Source: Ignicoccus islandicus DSM 13165 (GTDB lineage Archaea > Thermoproteota > Thermoprotei_A > Sulfolobales > Ignicoccaceae). From it: a DNA stretch of 32,000 bases. This document shows, piece after piece, positions 8,652-16,588 of this stretch (position 1 is its first letter; the number at the start of each line of letters is the position of its first letter). The stretch lies in the NCBI RefSeq assembly GCF_001481685.1, contig NZ_CP006867.1, positions 1,110,001 to 1,142,000 of the forward strand, given 5' to 3'. Under the pieces are notes generated by a model. That model did no database searches, had not been told where the DNA came from, and worked only from the letters and a program-made list of their open reading frames with translations. Position numbers and translations under genes: made by a program.

Positions 8652-9464
8652 TTGAAAGTCTTGATAGTGTTCCCTCAAAGGAGGCCGCCACCGAGCGCAA
8701 TAGAGCTCCGAAGCAAGTTCTTAGAGTATGGAATAGATCCCTTGCTTTACCGCTTCGACGACTTCGACTGCTATTCAATTGAACGATTCGACCTAATTCT
8801 CCTAAGAGGAGCACGATACGATTACAGCTCAATTAGGCTACAAGCAATAGCTACTTGTCTGGACGAGAGACTCACAATAAACCCACTTAAGTCCATGATA
8901 CTAGCTAGAGATAAATATACCTCAATAAAGGTACTTGAGAGAAACGGATTACCCGTTCCAGCAACCTTCTTCGTTAGGAACAAAGGCGATCTACTGAAGA
9001 GGCTTTCTACTTTGGGGAAGGGCGTCCTAAAGCCCGTTTCAGGGAGCCTGGGATTTGGAGTTACGCCAATTACGGAGGACGGAATATTCTACCTCCAGAC
9101 GCCCTATCCCCTAGACTCCGTTTTTCAAGAAGAGTTGGAGAAGGCCAGGGACGTTAGGGTCCTAGCTACTAGGGAAGGCGTCGTAGCGGCCATGTACAGA
9201 ATATCTTACGATGCGTTCGCCACGAATTACCACGTCTCTAAGAACGCTGACCCTGCTCCGAAAGACCTATATGAAGAGATAGCTGTGAAGGCGCTCGAGG
9301 CGTTAGGCTTGTATTATGGCGGCGTGGACTTGATTGAAACGCCTGAAGGCGTGAAAATAATAGAAGTTAATCCCTCGCCCCTATGGAACGGACTTAGCGA
9401 AGTAACGGGCGTGGACGTAGCAAAGGAACTGGTTAAGTACTTCTTAAAGGTCGCGAGGGGATGA
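8652..9464 (+). CDS. RimK-family ATP-grasp ligase
   Basis: 270 aa. ATP-grasp pattern: ARDKYTSIKVLERNGLPVP, VLKPVSGSLGFGV, DVRVLATREGVVAAMYR, GGVDLIE...IIEVNPSP. The substrate cannot be called. Confidence 0.85.
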   Translation: MKVLIVFPQRRPPPSAIELRSKFLEYGIDPLLYRFDDFDCYSIERFDLILLRGARYDYSSIRLQAIATCLDERLTINPLKSMILARDKYTSIKVLERNGLPVPATFFVRNKGDLLKRLSTLGKGVLKPVSGSLGFGVTPITEDGIFYLQTPYPLDSVFQEELEKARDVRVLATREGVVAAMYRISYDAFATNYHVSKNADPAPKDLYEEIAVKALEALGLYYGGVDLIETPEGVKIIEVNPSPLWNGLSEVTGVDVAKELVKYFLKVARG

Positions 9465-9585
9465 TTTGAAGACGGGATCTGATCGATGATGAGCAGGCTA
9501 GTATATGACTCTAAAAATCAATTCCGTTACACCCCGTTGAGAAGCAATTAGTTACGGCCCCTACGAGCTCTTTTGGGAAGGTTCA

Positions 9586-10353
9586 ATGAATATTGAAGAG
9601 GGGTCGTTAGTTTTAATATACATCGATCGAAAGAGAAAGAAAATAGTTAGGGTCGAGAGAGGAAGGGAATACGCTAGCGATAGGGGCAAAATCGATCTAT
9701 CGGAACTGATTGGAAGGAGGTACGGGGAGGTTGTGGAAACGAGCTTGGGCTTCAAGGCCTATTTATTAATGCCAACGCTTGAAGACATACTATATTCTTT
9801 TTCTAGGAGAACTCAAGTTATCTACCCAAAGGACGTCGCTCTAATGGCAATCAAGTTAGGGGCCGGAAAGGGGAAGCGTTGCTTAGAAGGGGGTACCGGT
9901 TCGGGCTTCGTTACAGCAACCCTTTCTTGGTTCGGTTGCGAGGTACATACCTTCGAAGTGAGGAGGGAACATTTGGAGACGGCTAGATTGAACTTAAGGA
10001 AGTTTGGATTAAATGAGAACGTAACTTTCGTTAAAGCAAGTTTGAAGGAGGTTGCGGAAGTTTACCCAAAGGAATACTTCGACTTAGCAATAATTGACGT
10101 TGGAGATCCGTGGAAAGTGATCGACTCCGTCTGGGAAGTCCTTAAAGGCGGATCTTCAGTAGCCTTTTGGGTTCCAACCTTTAACCAATTAGAGAAATTA
10201 AAGGCAGCGATCCGAGGCAAGTTCATCTGGATAGAAGCCTTAGAGGTAAGCGAGAGGAGGCTTAAAGTGGAGGAAGGAGCCACCAGACCGGAACAATTCG
10301 GAATAACGTTTACCGGATACATGGCGATAGTCAGGAAGGTTAACAATAAGTAA
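9586..10353 (+). CDS. trmI: tRNA (adenine-N1)-methyltransferase TrmI/Trm61 (GCD14 family)
   Basis: N-terminal beta domain, then QVIYPKD, then SAM motif EGGTGSGFVT and DVGDPW. Confidence 0.9.
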   Translation: MNIEEGSLVLIYIDRKRKKIVRVERGREYASDRGKIDLSELIGRRYGEVVETSLGFKAYLLMPTLEDILYSFSRRTQVIYPKDVALMAIKLGAGKGKRCLEGGTGSGFVTATLSWFGCEVHTFEVRREHLETARLNLRKFGLNENVTFVKASLKEVAEVYPKEYFDLAIIDVGDPWKVIDSVWEVLKGGSSVAFWVPTFNQLEKLKAAIRGKFIWIEALEVSERRLKVEEGATRPEQFGITFTGYMAIVRKVNNK

Positions 10354-10425
10354 AGGGGCACTTTCGTAACACTCCCTCCCCCTTAATTTCATCCGATTAC
10401 TAGCAATAGTTTTAGGGGGAAAGCA

Positions 10426-11151
10426 GTGTTAATAGCTGGTTGGAAGCCTTTCTCACTAGTAGACGTTGTTGGAAAGGTAACCTTTACTACGTGGGCCTGC
10501 GGCTGTAATTTGAAGTGCCCATTTTGCCACAATTGGAGAACTGCCGAGTGGCAAGGATGCGTGGAACTTCCAGTGAGCAAGTTTGAAGAAGAACTTAAGG
10601 ACGCGAGCGACTTCGTCGATTTACTCCACCTAACGGGAGGCGAACCTACGTTACAACCGAAGCTAGTTACGACGTTGAGCTCGATTGCCAAGAAGGTAGG
10701 TGTCCCGTTCTCTCTTAATACGAACTGCACCACTAAGCAATCAATAGAGTTAATAGAGGTAGCCGACCACGTAGCTACTGATATCAAGGTTCCTTACCAA
10801 GAACTCTATGGTCTTAACGGAGCTTTCGACGACCTTTGGAACACCTTCCTGAAATGCATCGAAAAGTTGGCTAGTATGGGGAAAGAAGTCGAACTCAGAA
10901 TACCCGTTGCCAAGGACTTAACTAAGAACTACTTAAACGAAATAAAGAGAATAATATCCATGTTCGATCCTTCGAAAGTTACGGTAGTAGTTAATCCACT
11001 AGTAACTGAACCCTTGACCGATCCTAGGGATAAGGAATGGTGCTCCAAGTACTGTTACAAGGGTAACATGGAATCTGATGAAGAGAATATGTGGAGAGAG
11101 GAGATTGGGGAGTTGGGAGTTAAAGTAAAGGTAAAGAGATGGTTAAACTAG
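10426..11151 (+). CDS. Radical SAM activating enzyme, NrdG/PflA-like
   Basis: FSLVDVVGKVTFTTWACGCNLKCPFCHNW (CxxxCxxC cluster in the NrdG-type context), followed by LTGGEPTL. GTG start. Confidence 0.85.
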   Translation: MLIAGWKPFSLVDVVGKVTFTTWACGCNLKCPFCHNWRTAEWQGCVELPVSKFEEELKDASDFVDLLHLTGGEPTLQPKLVTTLSSIAKKVGVPFSLNTNCTTKQSIELIEVADHVATDIKVPYQELYGLNGAFDDLWNTFLKCIEKLASMGKEVELRIPVAKDLTKNYLNEIKRIISMFDPSKVTVVVNPLVTEPLTDPRDKEWCSKYCYKGNMESDEENMWREEIGELGVKVKVKRWLN

Positions 11152-11488
11152 AGTTCCTTCGGGACCTCTCTTTTACTTTGTTGCCAAGAAAAGGGAACAC
11201 TAAATTCGTTATCTCCTTACTAATCCCGCAAATACAAGTATAGAGGGCCACGTTGTTTTCCCTTGAGACCAACTCGCATTCCTTTCGAATAACGTCGGTA
11301 ACCCTTTCTCCTAGATCTAGTATTTCCTCATCCCTTACTTTAAATGACTTAAACTTGGACCCTTGCATAAACGTCACAACGTTGCTCGTCAAATCTATAT
11401 CCAAGCTCAACTCCGAGTCCATATCAAACACTTCCAAGTAGATGTCATCTTTACTCACGCTAACCTTTGCTGAACACGGCGCGATCAT
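11120..11488 (-). CDS. Hypothetical protein
   Basis: 122-aa ORF with ATG start and a TATA-like aataactata about 25 nt upstream. No recognisable motif. Its 3' end overlaps the radical SAM gene by 32 nt. Confidence 0.45.
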   Translation of the reverse strand: MIAPCSAKVSVSKDDIYLEVFDMDSELSLDIDLTSNVVTFMQGSKFKSFKVRDEEILDLGERVTDVIRKECELVSRENNVALYTCICGISKEITNLVFPFLGNKVKERSRRNSSLTISLPLL

Positions 11489-11587
11489 TCAATTTCCGCC
11501 ATATGTGAATAACTATAGTGTGAATATTAAACGTATGTTGTATTTTGCGCCTCAAAGCAATATTGGTCAGAAAGGTTTTGAGATACC

Positions 11588-12835
11588 GTGGGGATCGGAA
11601 TGCCTTCATTAAATTCACTTTTAAAAGAATTAGGAGCCGTAGACGTAGGAACGGTAGACGAATCGGAAGTTAGGGAGCTCATAAAGAAGTACGAGGAAGC
11701 GGGGAAGCCAGTAATTTATAAAGTAAAGGGTAGCGACGTAAGGGTAGCCTCCGCCTTATATTCTACAAGGAAGGCCGTACACAAAGCTCTCAATTCTGAA
11801 AACGACGTGGACGCTTACAAGAAGCTTATAGAAGCCAAAAAGGGTCAACTGATTGAAACTGAGTTCAATTTCGTTAAACTCAAGGACCTAGATGACTTGC
11901 CTTGGGTAAAGTTTTACCCGAAGGATGGGGGTAAGTATCACACTGCCTCTATATACATATCTTGTTACGAAGGAAAGTGCAACGCTTCCTTCCATAGAAC
12001 TATGAAACTCGATTCGAGAAGGTGCGCAGTCAGGTTAGTTCCTAGGCACTTGTTCACGTTACATAAGAAGGCCATTGAGAAAGGTGAGGAGCTACCGGTT
12101 GCTGTAGTAATTGGGGCACCTAGCGAGGTGGAGTTCGCATCGGCCTTGAGCCTACCCTTTGGTGTTTTCGAGCTAGAGGTTGCGGCCGGAATAGCTGGTT
12201 CCTTAGAGGTAGCTAGGACCCCAATTTACGGACTTCCCGTACCTAGGAATTCTGCTGTTGTAATAGAAGGGAGACTAACTAAGGAAAGGGTTAAGGAGGG
12301 ACCTTTCGTGGACCTCTTACACACTTACGATAAAGTTCGTGAAGAACCAGTATTGGAGGTCGATGCAGTCTATTGGAACCCTACTGAGCCCCTTCACCTG
12401 ATACTTCCCGGGGGGAGAGAGCACCAGTTCCTCATGGGTTATCCTAGGGAGGCATCGATATGGGACTCCGTAAGGAAAGTAGTGCCGGAAGTTCACAAAG
12501 TTAGGTTAACGCCTGGAGGAGGAATGTGGTTACATGCGGTTATTAGCATAACTAAAGCTAGCGACGGTGATGCGAAGAACGCCCTCTTGGCGGCCTTCGC
12601 TGGACACCCCTCATTAAAGCACGCGATAGTGGTGGACGAAGACGTTGATCCGGATGACCTTGAACAAGTGGAATGGGCTATAGCAACCAGGTTCCAAGCG
12701 AAGGACGATTTAATAGTAATTAATAACGCCAGGGGCTCCTCGTTGGATCCCAGCTCCAATGGACTTACTTCAAAGGTAGGAATAGACGCTACCAGACCAA
12801 TTAAGGAAAGGGATAAGTTCGAGAGGGTTTACTAG
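11588..12835 (+). CDS. UbiD-family (prFMN-dependent) decarboxylase
   Basis: 415 aa with an overall UbiD-like pattern (GGKYHTASIYI, FHRTMKL, PGGGMW, IVVDEDVDP). The start may be the ATG at 11600. Confidence 0.88.
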   Translation: MGIGMPSLNSLLKELGAVDVGTVDESEVRELIKKYEEAGKPVIYKVKGSDVRVASALYSTRKAVHKALNSENDVDAYKKLIEAKKGQLIETEFNFVKLKDLDDLPWVKFYPKDGGKYHTASIYISCYEGKCNASFHRTMKLDSRRCAVRLVPRHLFTLHKKAIEKGEELPVAVVIGAPSEVEFASALSLPFGVFELEVAAGIAGSLEVARTPIYGLPVPRNSAVVIEGRLTKERVKEGPFVDLLHTYDKVREEPVLEVDAVYWNPTEPLHLILPGGREHQFLMGYPREASIWDSVRKVVPEVHKVRLTPGGGMWLHAVISITKASDGDAKNALLAAFAGHPSLKHAIVVDEDVDPDDLEQVEWAIATRFQAKDDLIVINNARGSSLDPSSNGLTSKVGIDATRPIKERDKFERVY

Positions 12836-13317
12836 AACTCTTCCCACCACTCCTCCGAAGAAGCCAAGGCTTCGTAAACGTGTTCGGGAGGGGCGTACGT
12901 CGGAATTATCCCTAGCCTGCTCATGAGTTTGTCTACGAAATCTTTGGAGGAAACCCCTAAGAGGGGGGCGTAGGGGAGGTACTCGCTATATCTCGATACG
13001 AACGTTTTGGCTCCGTCGTAGTTGCCCTTCTCTACCATCCCCTCAACGGACTTTAATACGTTCCACAAGACCTTCCTAATTTCCTCAAGCAGTCTCTTCC
13101 CTTCCTCTGTAACCTCGAGGTACGTTTCGCTACCAAGAAGTTTCCTCTTCTTCTTGAGTCTAACGTAGCCCTTCTCAGTTAAGTCCTCTATCAAGTCGTT
13201 CATCATTTCTTTATCTATTTCTAGAATTTTAGATATCTCCTCGATGCTGTACCCCCTGTCGCTCAGAATGAGAATCAAGAGTTCCAAGGGCGTTACTTGG
13301 AAGACCACTGCCCTCAC
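12832..13317 (-). CDS. Winged-HTH transcriptional regulator (MarR/TrmB-like) with acidic aromatic C-terminus
   Basis: LELLILILSDRGYSIEEISKILEIDKEMMNDLIEDLTEKGYVRLKK fits HTH plus wing. The C-terminus is SSEEWWEEF. GTG start. Confidence 0.7.
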   Translation of the reverse strand: MRAVVFQVTPLELLILILSDRGYSIEEISKILEIDKEMMNDLIEDLTEKGYVRLKKKRKLLGSETYLEVTEEGKRLLEEIRKVLWNVLKSVEGMVEKGNYDGAKTFVSRYSEYLPYAPLLGVSSKDFVDKLMSRLGIIPTYAPPEHVYEALASSEEWWEEF

Positions 13318-13325
13318 CTAACTCT

Positions 13326-13895
13326 TCAAACGATTACCACCTTATTCCTATTTATAAAGGAATAGAGGGCGGCAAGCGTTGTAACTGCCGAAGTTAATCC
13401 TAAGATTCCCTTAATTGCTGGATGTACCGGATCCGTCTCCATATCTATTAATCTGAACGCTTGTAGCGTTGGTACAAGGACCACTCTGTTTTCGAAGCCT
13501 TCTCCCGGATAGTACTCGTAAACTATTACGTCCTTCTGGACGCAAGCGTAGTACTTAATACCATTCTCTTTAATTAGATATTTGGTGCACGGTATAACTC
13601 CGTGCGGCAAACCGAGCGCCCCGAGTCCGACCTTAGTTTTTTCTTGAACCACTTGGTTGAATGCCACGAACTTGCTGGCGGGATTGAGTAACGTTTCGAA
13701 TGCTCCGCAATAATACGGGTCGCAAAAATACGTTTGCCAATTTACGTCTGAGGTAACGTAAGGTGGAACGTAATCAATTCTTAAAATCCCGTAACCTATT
13801 ATTGAACCGTCTTTGAGTATTGCCATTACGTTATACTTCAGCGTTAGGGCGAGTATCATGGACGGGAGTAGGAGCGTAATTAAGGCGAGTCTCAA
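13326..13895 (-). CDS. Hypothetical secreted/membrane-anchored protein (N- and C-terminal hydrophobic segments)
   Basis: 189 aa. N-terminal LALITLLLPSMILAL and C-terminal ILGLTSAVTTLAALYSFI. Lies 8 nt upstream of the wHTH gene. The start is uncertain (TTG 13895 or ATG 13859). Confidence 0.6.
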   Translation of the reverse strand: MRLALITLLLPSMILALTLKYNVMAILKDGSIIGYGILRIDYVPPYVTSDVNWQTYFCDPYYCGAFETLLNPASKFVAFNQVVQEKTKVGLGALGLPHGVIPCTKYLIKENGIKYYACVQKDVIVYEYYPGEGFENRVVLVPTLQAFRLIDMETDPVHPAIKGILGLTSAVTTLAALYSFINRNKVVIV

Positions 13896-14160
13896 CTTTT
13901 CGAAACCCTATATATTGATCTTTGCCTAGGGTAAAACGCGTTCAAGCAGTATTCCAGTAACATTGACTACAGTTTACGTTGAAAATAAGTTTTCAACGAA
14001 GAACTTCTTAAAACTGCATTGGAAACTGAAATTTCGTTTCCAATCTTATTCGGCTCTGTTAGTAATTTCGTTCTACGTTTCGAAGGTTCCGGAATGCCTT
14101 CTTTCCACTCAGTGTTAGGACTATACGCGAGATATTAGCAAATTTACTAAGTTCAATATA

Positions 14161-14915
14161 TTTCTATTCCCTATTTGGACTTTACTTTATATAAGGATTC
14201 CCACCAAGTGGGCACATAAACTCTTTCTATTCCCTATTGGGTCTCTACACGAGTTGTCAGGCCTGAGCGCCAGGCCTGAGGAGGGGTTCGCTTTCTATTC
14301 CCTCTTGGATCTCTACACTTTTGAACGAACACACAGTTGCAGAAATCCGACTCGACAGACTTTCTATTCCCTCTTGGATCTCTACACGAAAAGAACAAGA
14401 GAATTCTCTCTGAACTCTCGTCGATCTTTCTATTCCCTCTTGGATCTCTACAAAGAGAGTCAATCAACGGAATTGGATGGAATGTTCTTAGATGCTTTCT
14501 ATTCCCTCTTGGATCTCTACAATTAATAGGAATGGGCCGGATCTGTAATTTGCCATGAAACTTTCTATTCCCTCTTGGATCTCTACAGGGGATTGGAAAG
14601 AAGAAGAGAAGAAGAAAAGGAAATTTCTTTCTATTCCCTCTTGGATCTCTACGCGGTCAAGTAACCGCAACGAAGTTAGCTGAACTAAGTGACTTTCTAT
14701 TCCCTCTTGGATCTCTACCGAACTAGCGATAAGTGTCAGAGCGTACAGCAGGAGCAAGCTTTCTATTCCCTCTTGGATCTCTACCTTACGATAGAATTCA
14801 TTGAGATCGTCGACGACATAGACTTTCTATTCCCTCTTGGATCTCTACCGAGTAGTATAACGTGAGGTGGGTCGGATGGAAGAGGAGAACTTTCTATTCC
14901 CTCTTGGATCTCTAC
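14161..14915 (-). CRISPR. CRISPR array: 12 repeats (26 nt) and 11 spacers (37-43 nt). Plus-strand consensus CTTTCTATTCCCTCTTGGATCTCTAC.
   Basis: Ten identical repeats start at 14291, 14360, 14426, 14495, 14561, 14627, 14693, 14759, 14823 and 14890. Degenerate copies lie at 14223-14248 and 14161-14185, and a possible relic at 14101-14126 matches 17/26. The minus strand reads GTAGAGATCCAAGAGGGAATAGAAAG. It ends in the crenarchaeal-type ...GAAAG 5'-handle, so the crRNA strand is probably minus and the leader lies at the 14916+ side. Repeat decay at the low-coordinate end agrees with this. Confidence 0.95.
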
Positions 14916-14926
14916 CGTTGCCCTCC

Positions 14927-14934
14927 TATTTAAA
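14927..14934 (-). promoter_or_regulatory. Candidate leader TATA box for pre-crRNA transcription
   Basis: The minus strand reads ggttgTTTAAATAgg, 12-19 nt from the first repeat. This is rather close, so the transcription start may fall in or at the first repeat. Confidence 0.35.
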
Positions 14935-15417
14935 CAACCAATTCTCCATCTTTTAACCCTTTCCCTTAGCTCTCCTTTCCACATTCACACCTTCCCTTTC
15001 AGAACTTAAATTCAATTAGTTGTCCAATATATGCATGTATGTGCTTGTATAAGGTAGGCTGGAGTAGAAATCCCCATGATCATCAGAGTTCCCATGATCG
15101 CTTATTAACCCCTCTAAGCTCCTTCTCATTGTAAAGATCAATCTTGAAAGGACCGTGTACTGATGGTATAACCTCTGGATTGGTAAATCTTATTTGGTTT
15201 TGCAAATACAATGTTGAATGATTGAGTTGAAATGGAATTGACCATTGGGAAGTCTAGTAGAAACTGAAGGTGCTTAAGAAGACCATTGTTTCTGAATTCA
15301 AATGGTTAAGGTTGAGGGAATGAGTAAATTGATTATGAATGAATGGAAAAGCGAATTTGGACAAGAGGTGGAGATGGGCATTCACCATGGGATGGTGAAT
15401 AAATTGGGAATGGAAAC

Positions 15418-15426
15418 TTATAAATA
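15418..15426 (+). promoter_or_regulatory. Candidate TATA box for the NifX/NifB-like gene
   Basis: ttataaata lies about 60 nt upstream of ATG 15483. A purine-rich ggagagtgg sits just before the ATG. Confidence 0.45.
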
Positions 15427-15482
15427 GGTATACCTAACCTTTAATCCGCGTATAGGTTTGACCTTACGGAGAGTGGAAATTC

Positions 15483-15806
15483 ATGAAGGTGGCTGTTACG
15501 TGCGAATGCATAAAGGGTAAGTGTACCGTGTCTCATCACTTCGGTTTGGCACCGCTGATTTGCATATACGAAAACGGTAAGGAAGTGGAAAGGTTCCTTA
15601 ACCCATATATAAAGGCTGAAAGGAGGAGGGGTCGATCGCTAGTCGAGTACTTAATTAGAAAGGGCGTAAACGTAATAGTAGCTCCAGAAGCCGGAGGACC
15701 CGGTGTTACGGAAGCCGCATTGACTTATGGCGTTAAGATAATTACAAAGGCCCCTGGAACGCCAGTCGAGGAAGTGCTTAAGGAGATATTTGGAGCGCTT
15801 CCTTAA
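15483..15806 (+). CDS. NifX/NifB-C-terminal-like (dinitrogenase FeMo-cofactor binding fold, COG1433) small protein
   Basis: 107 aa. Shows MKVAVT...VSHHFGLAP...IYENG and GVNVIVAPEAGGPGVTEAALTYGVKII, the family pattern. Confidence 0.8.
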   Translation: MKVAVTCECIKGKCTVSHHFGLAPLICIYENGKEVERFLNPYIKAERRRGRSLVEYLIRKGVNVIVAPEAGGPGVTEAALTYGVKIITKAPGTPVEEVLKEIFGALP

Positions 15807-15844
15807 ATTACTGGTAACTGGCGAAAGCATTTACGGGTACTAGG

Positions 15845-16588
15845 TTGAAGCTTACCTTCATCGACGCAAGGGCATGGAAATATATCATGCAATCAATAGT
15901 GAAAGCAGTTAGCGAAACAACGATCAAAGTTTCTCAAGAAGGTCTAAGGATAAAAACAATGGATGAAGCGAAAATAGTACTGATAGATTTCTTCCTACCT
16001 GCTAGCAGTTTTTCAGAATACGAAATTGATGGTGAACTGGAGTTCGGCGTGAACCTAGAGGACTTGGTGAAGGTCCTTCGAAGGGCACAAAAAGAAGACG
16101 TGTTAACTTTAGAAGTAGGCGAGAGCAACTACAGCATAACGTTTAAGGGGAAGGGTATAAGGAGGTTCACGCTTCCTCAGCTCGACTTAGCGGGAGAAAA
16201 CATTCCAGAAGTGGACCTCCAACTAGACGTGAAAGCTACGATGACTCCAGACGTATACAGAGAAATAGTGAAGGACTTGGAACCCATTGCTGACACTGTT
16301 ACCTTCGTGGCAGAACCCTCGAGTTTGAGGATAGAGGCGGTGAGCGACCTAGGAGAGGCCGAAATAGACGTACCCACAGAGACGGTTCTAACTGGTTATG
16401 AAGTTAATGAAGAGAACTTGCCGGCGAAGTCGTCCTATGGAGTCGAACACCTAACGTACGTTACTCAAGTATCTCAAATCTCCAATGAAGCTATCTTGGA
16501 GTTTAGTAACGAAATGCCTCTGAGAATAACCTTCACCCTCCCGGAAGGTGGTTCGTTTGTCTACATCGTCGCGCCAAGGGTATTCTAA
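15845..16588 (+). CDS. pcn: DNA polymerase sliding clamp PCNA
   Basis: 247 aa. N-terminal F-x-D-A..WK.I...I and LRIKTMDEAKIVLIDFFLP. Typical two-domain length. TTG start. Confidence 0.93.
   Translation: MKLTFIDARAWKYIMQSIVKAVSETTIKVSQEGLRIKTMDEAKIVLIDFFLPASSFSEYEIDGELEFGVNLEDLVKVLRRAQKEDVLTLEVGESNYSITFKGKGIRRFTLPQLDLAGENIPEVDLQLDVKATMTPDVYREIVKDLEPIADTVTFVAEPSSLRIEAVSDLGEAEIDVPTETVLTGYEVNEENLPAKSSYGVEHLTYVTQVSQISNEAILEFSNEMPLRITFTLPEGGSFVYIVAPRVF

Noticed and set aside
10389-10787. Long antisense 'shadow' ORFs. Examples: 10389-10787(-), 19962-20393(-), 8187-8519(+), 6868-7191(+), 7297-7587(+), 4383-4700(+), 2721-2969(+)
   Set aside because: Each lies opposite a gene with clear family motifs. 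Their translations are low-complexity and Ser/Leu-rich, as expected for the reverse frame of real genes.
14234-14984. Six track ORFs (60-90 aa, both strands) lying inside the CRISPR array, with recurring peptide words such as VEIQEGIES, RDPRGNRK and FYSLLDLY
   Set aside because: The repeated peptides are just the 26-nt CRISPR repeat translated in different frames. They are artefacts, not genes.
15072-15165. C-box-like ATGATCA/ATGATCG words and a CTGA at 15160 in the CRISPR leader, as a possible C/D sRNA
   Set aside because: The box sequences lose the critical GA dinucleotide. The spacing (60-78 nt) does not fit compact archaeal C/D RNAs. No D'/C' pair is present.
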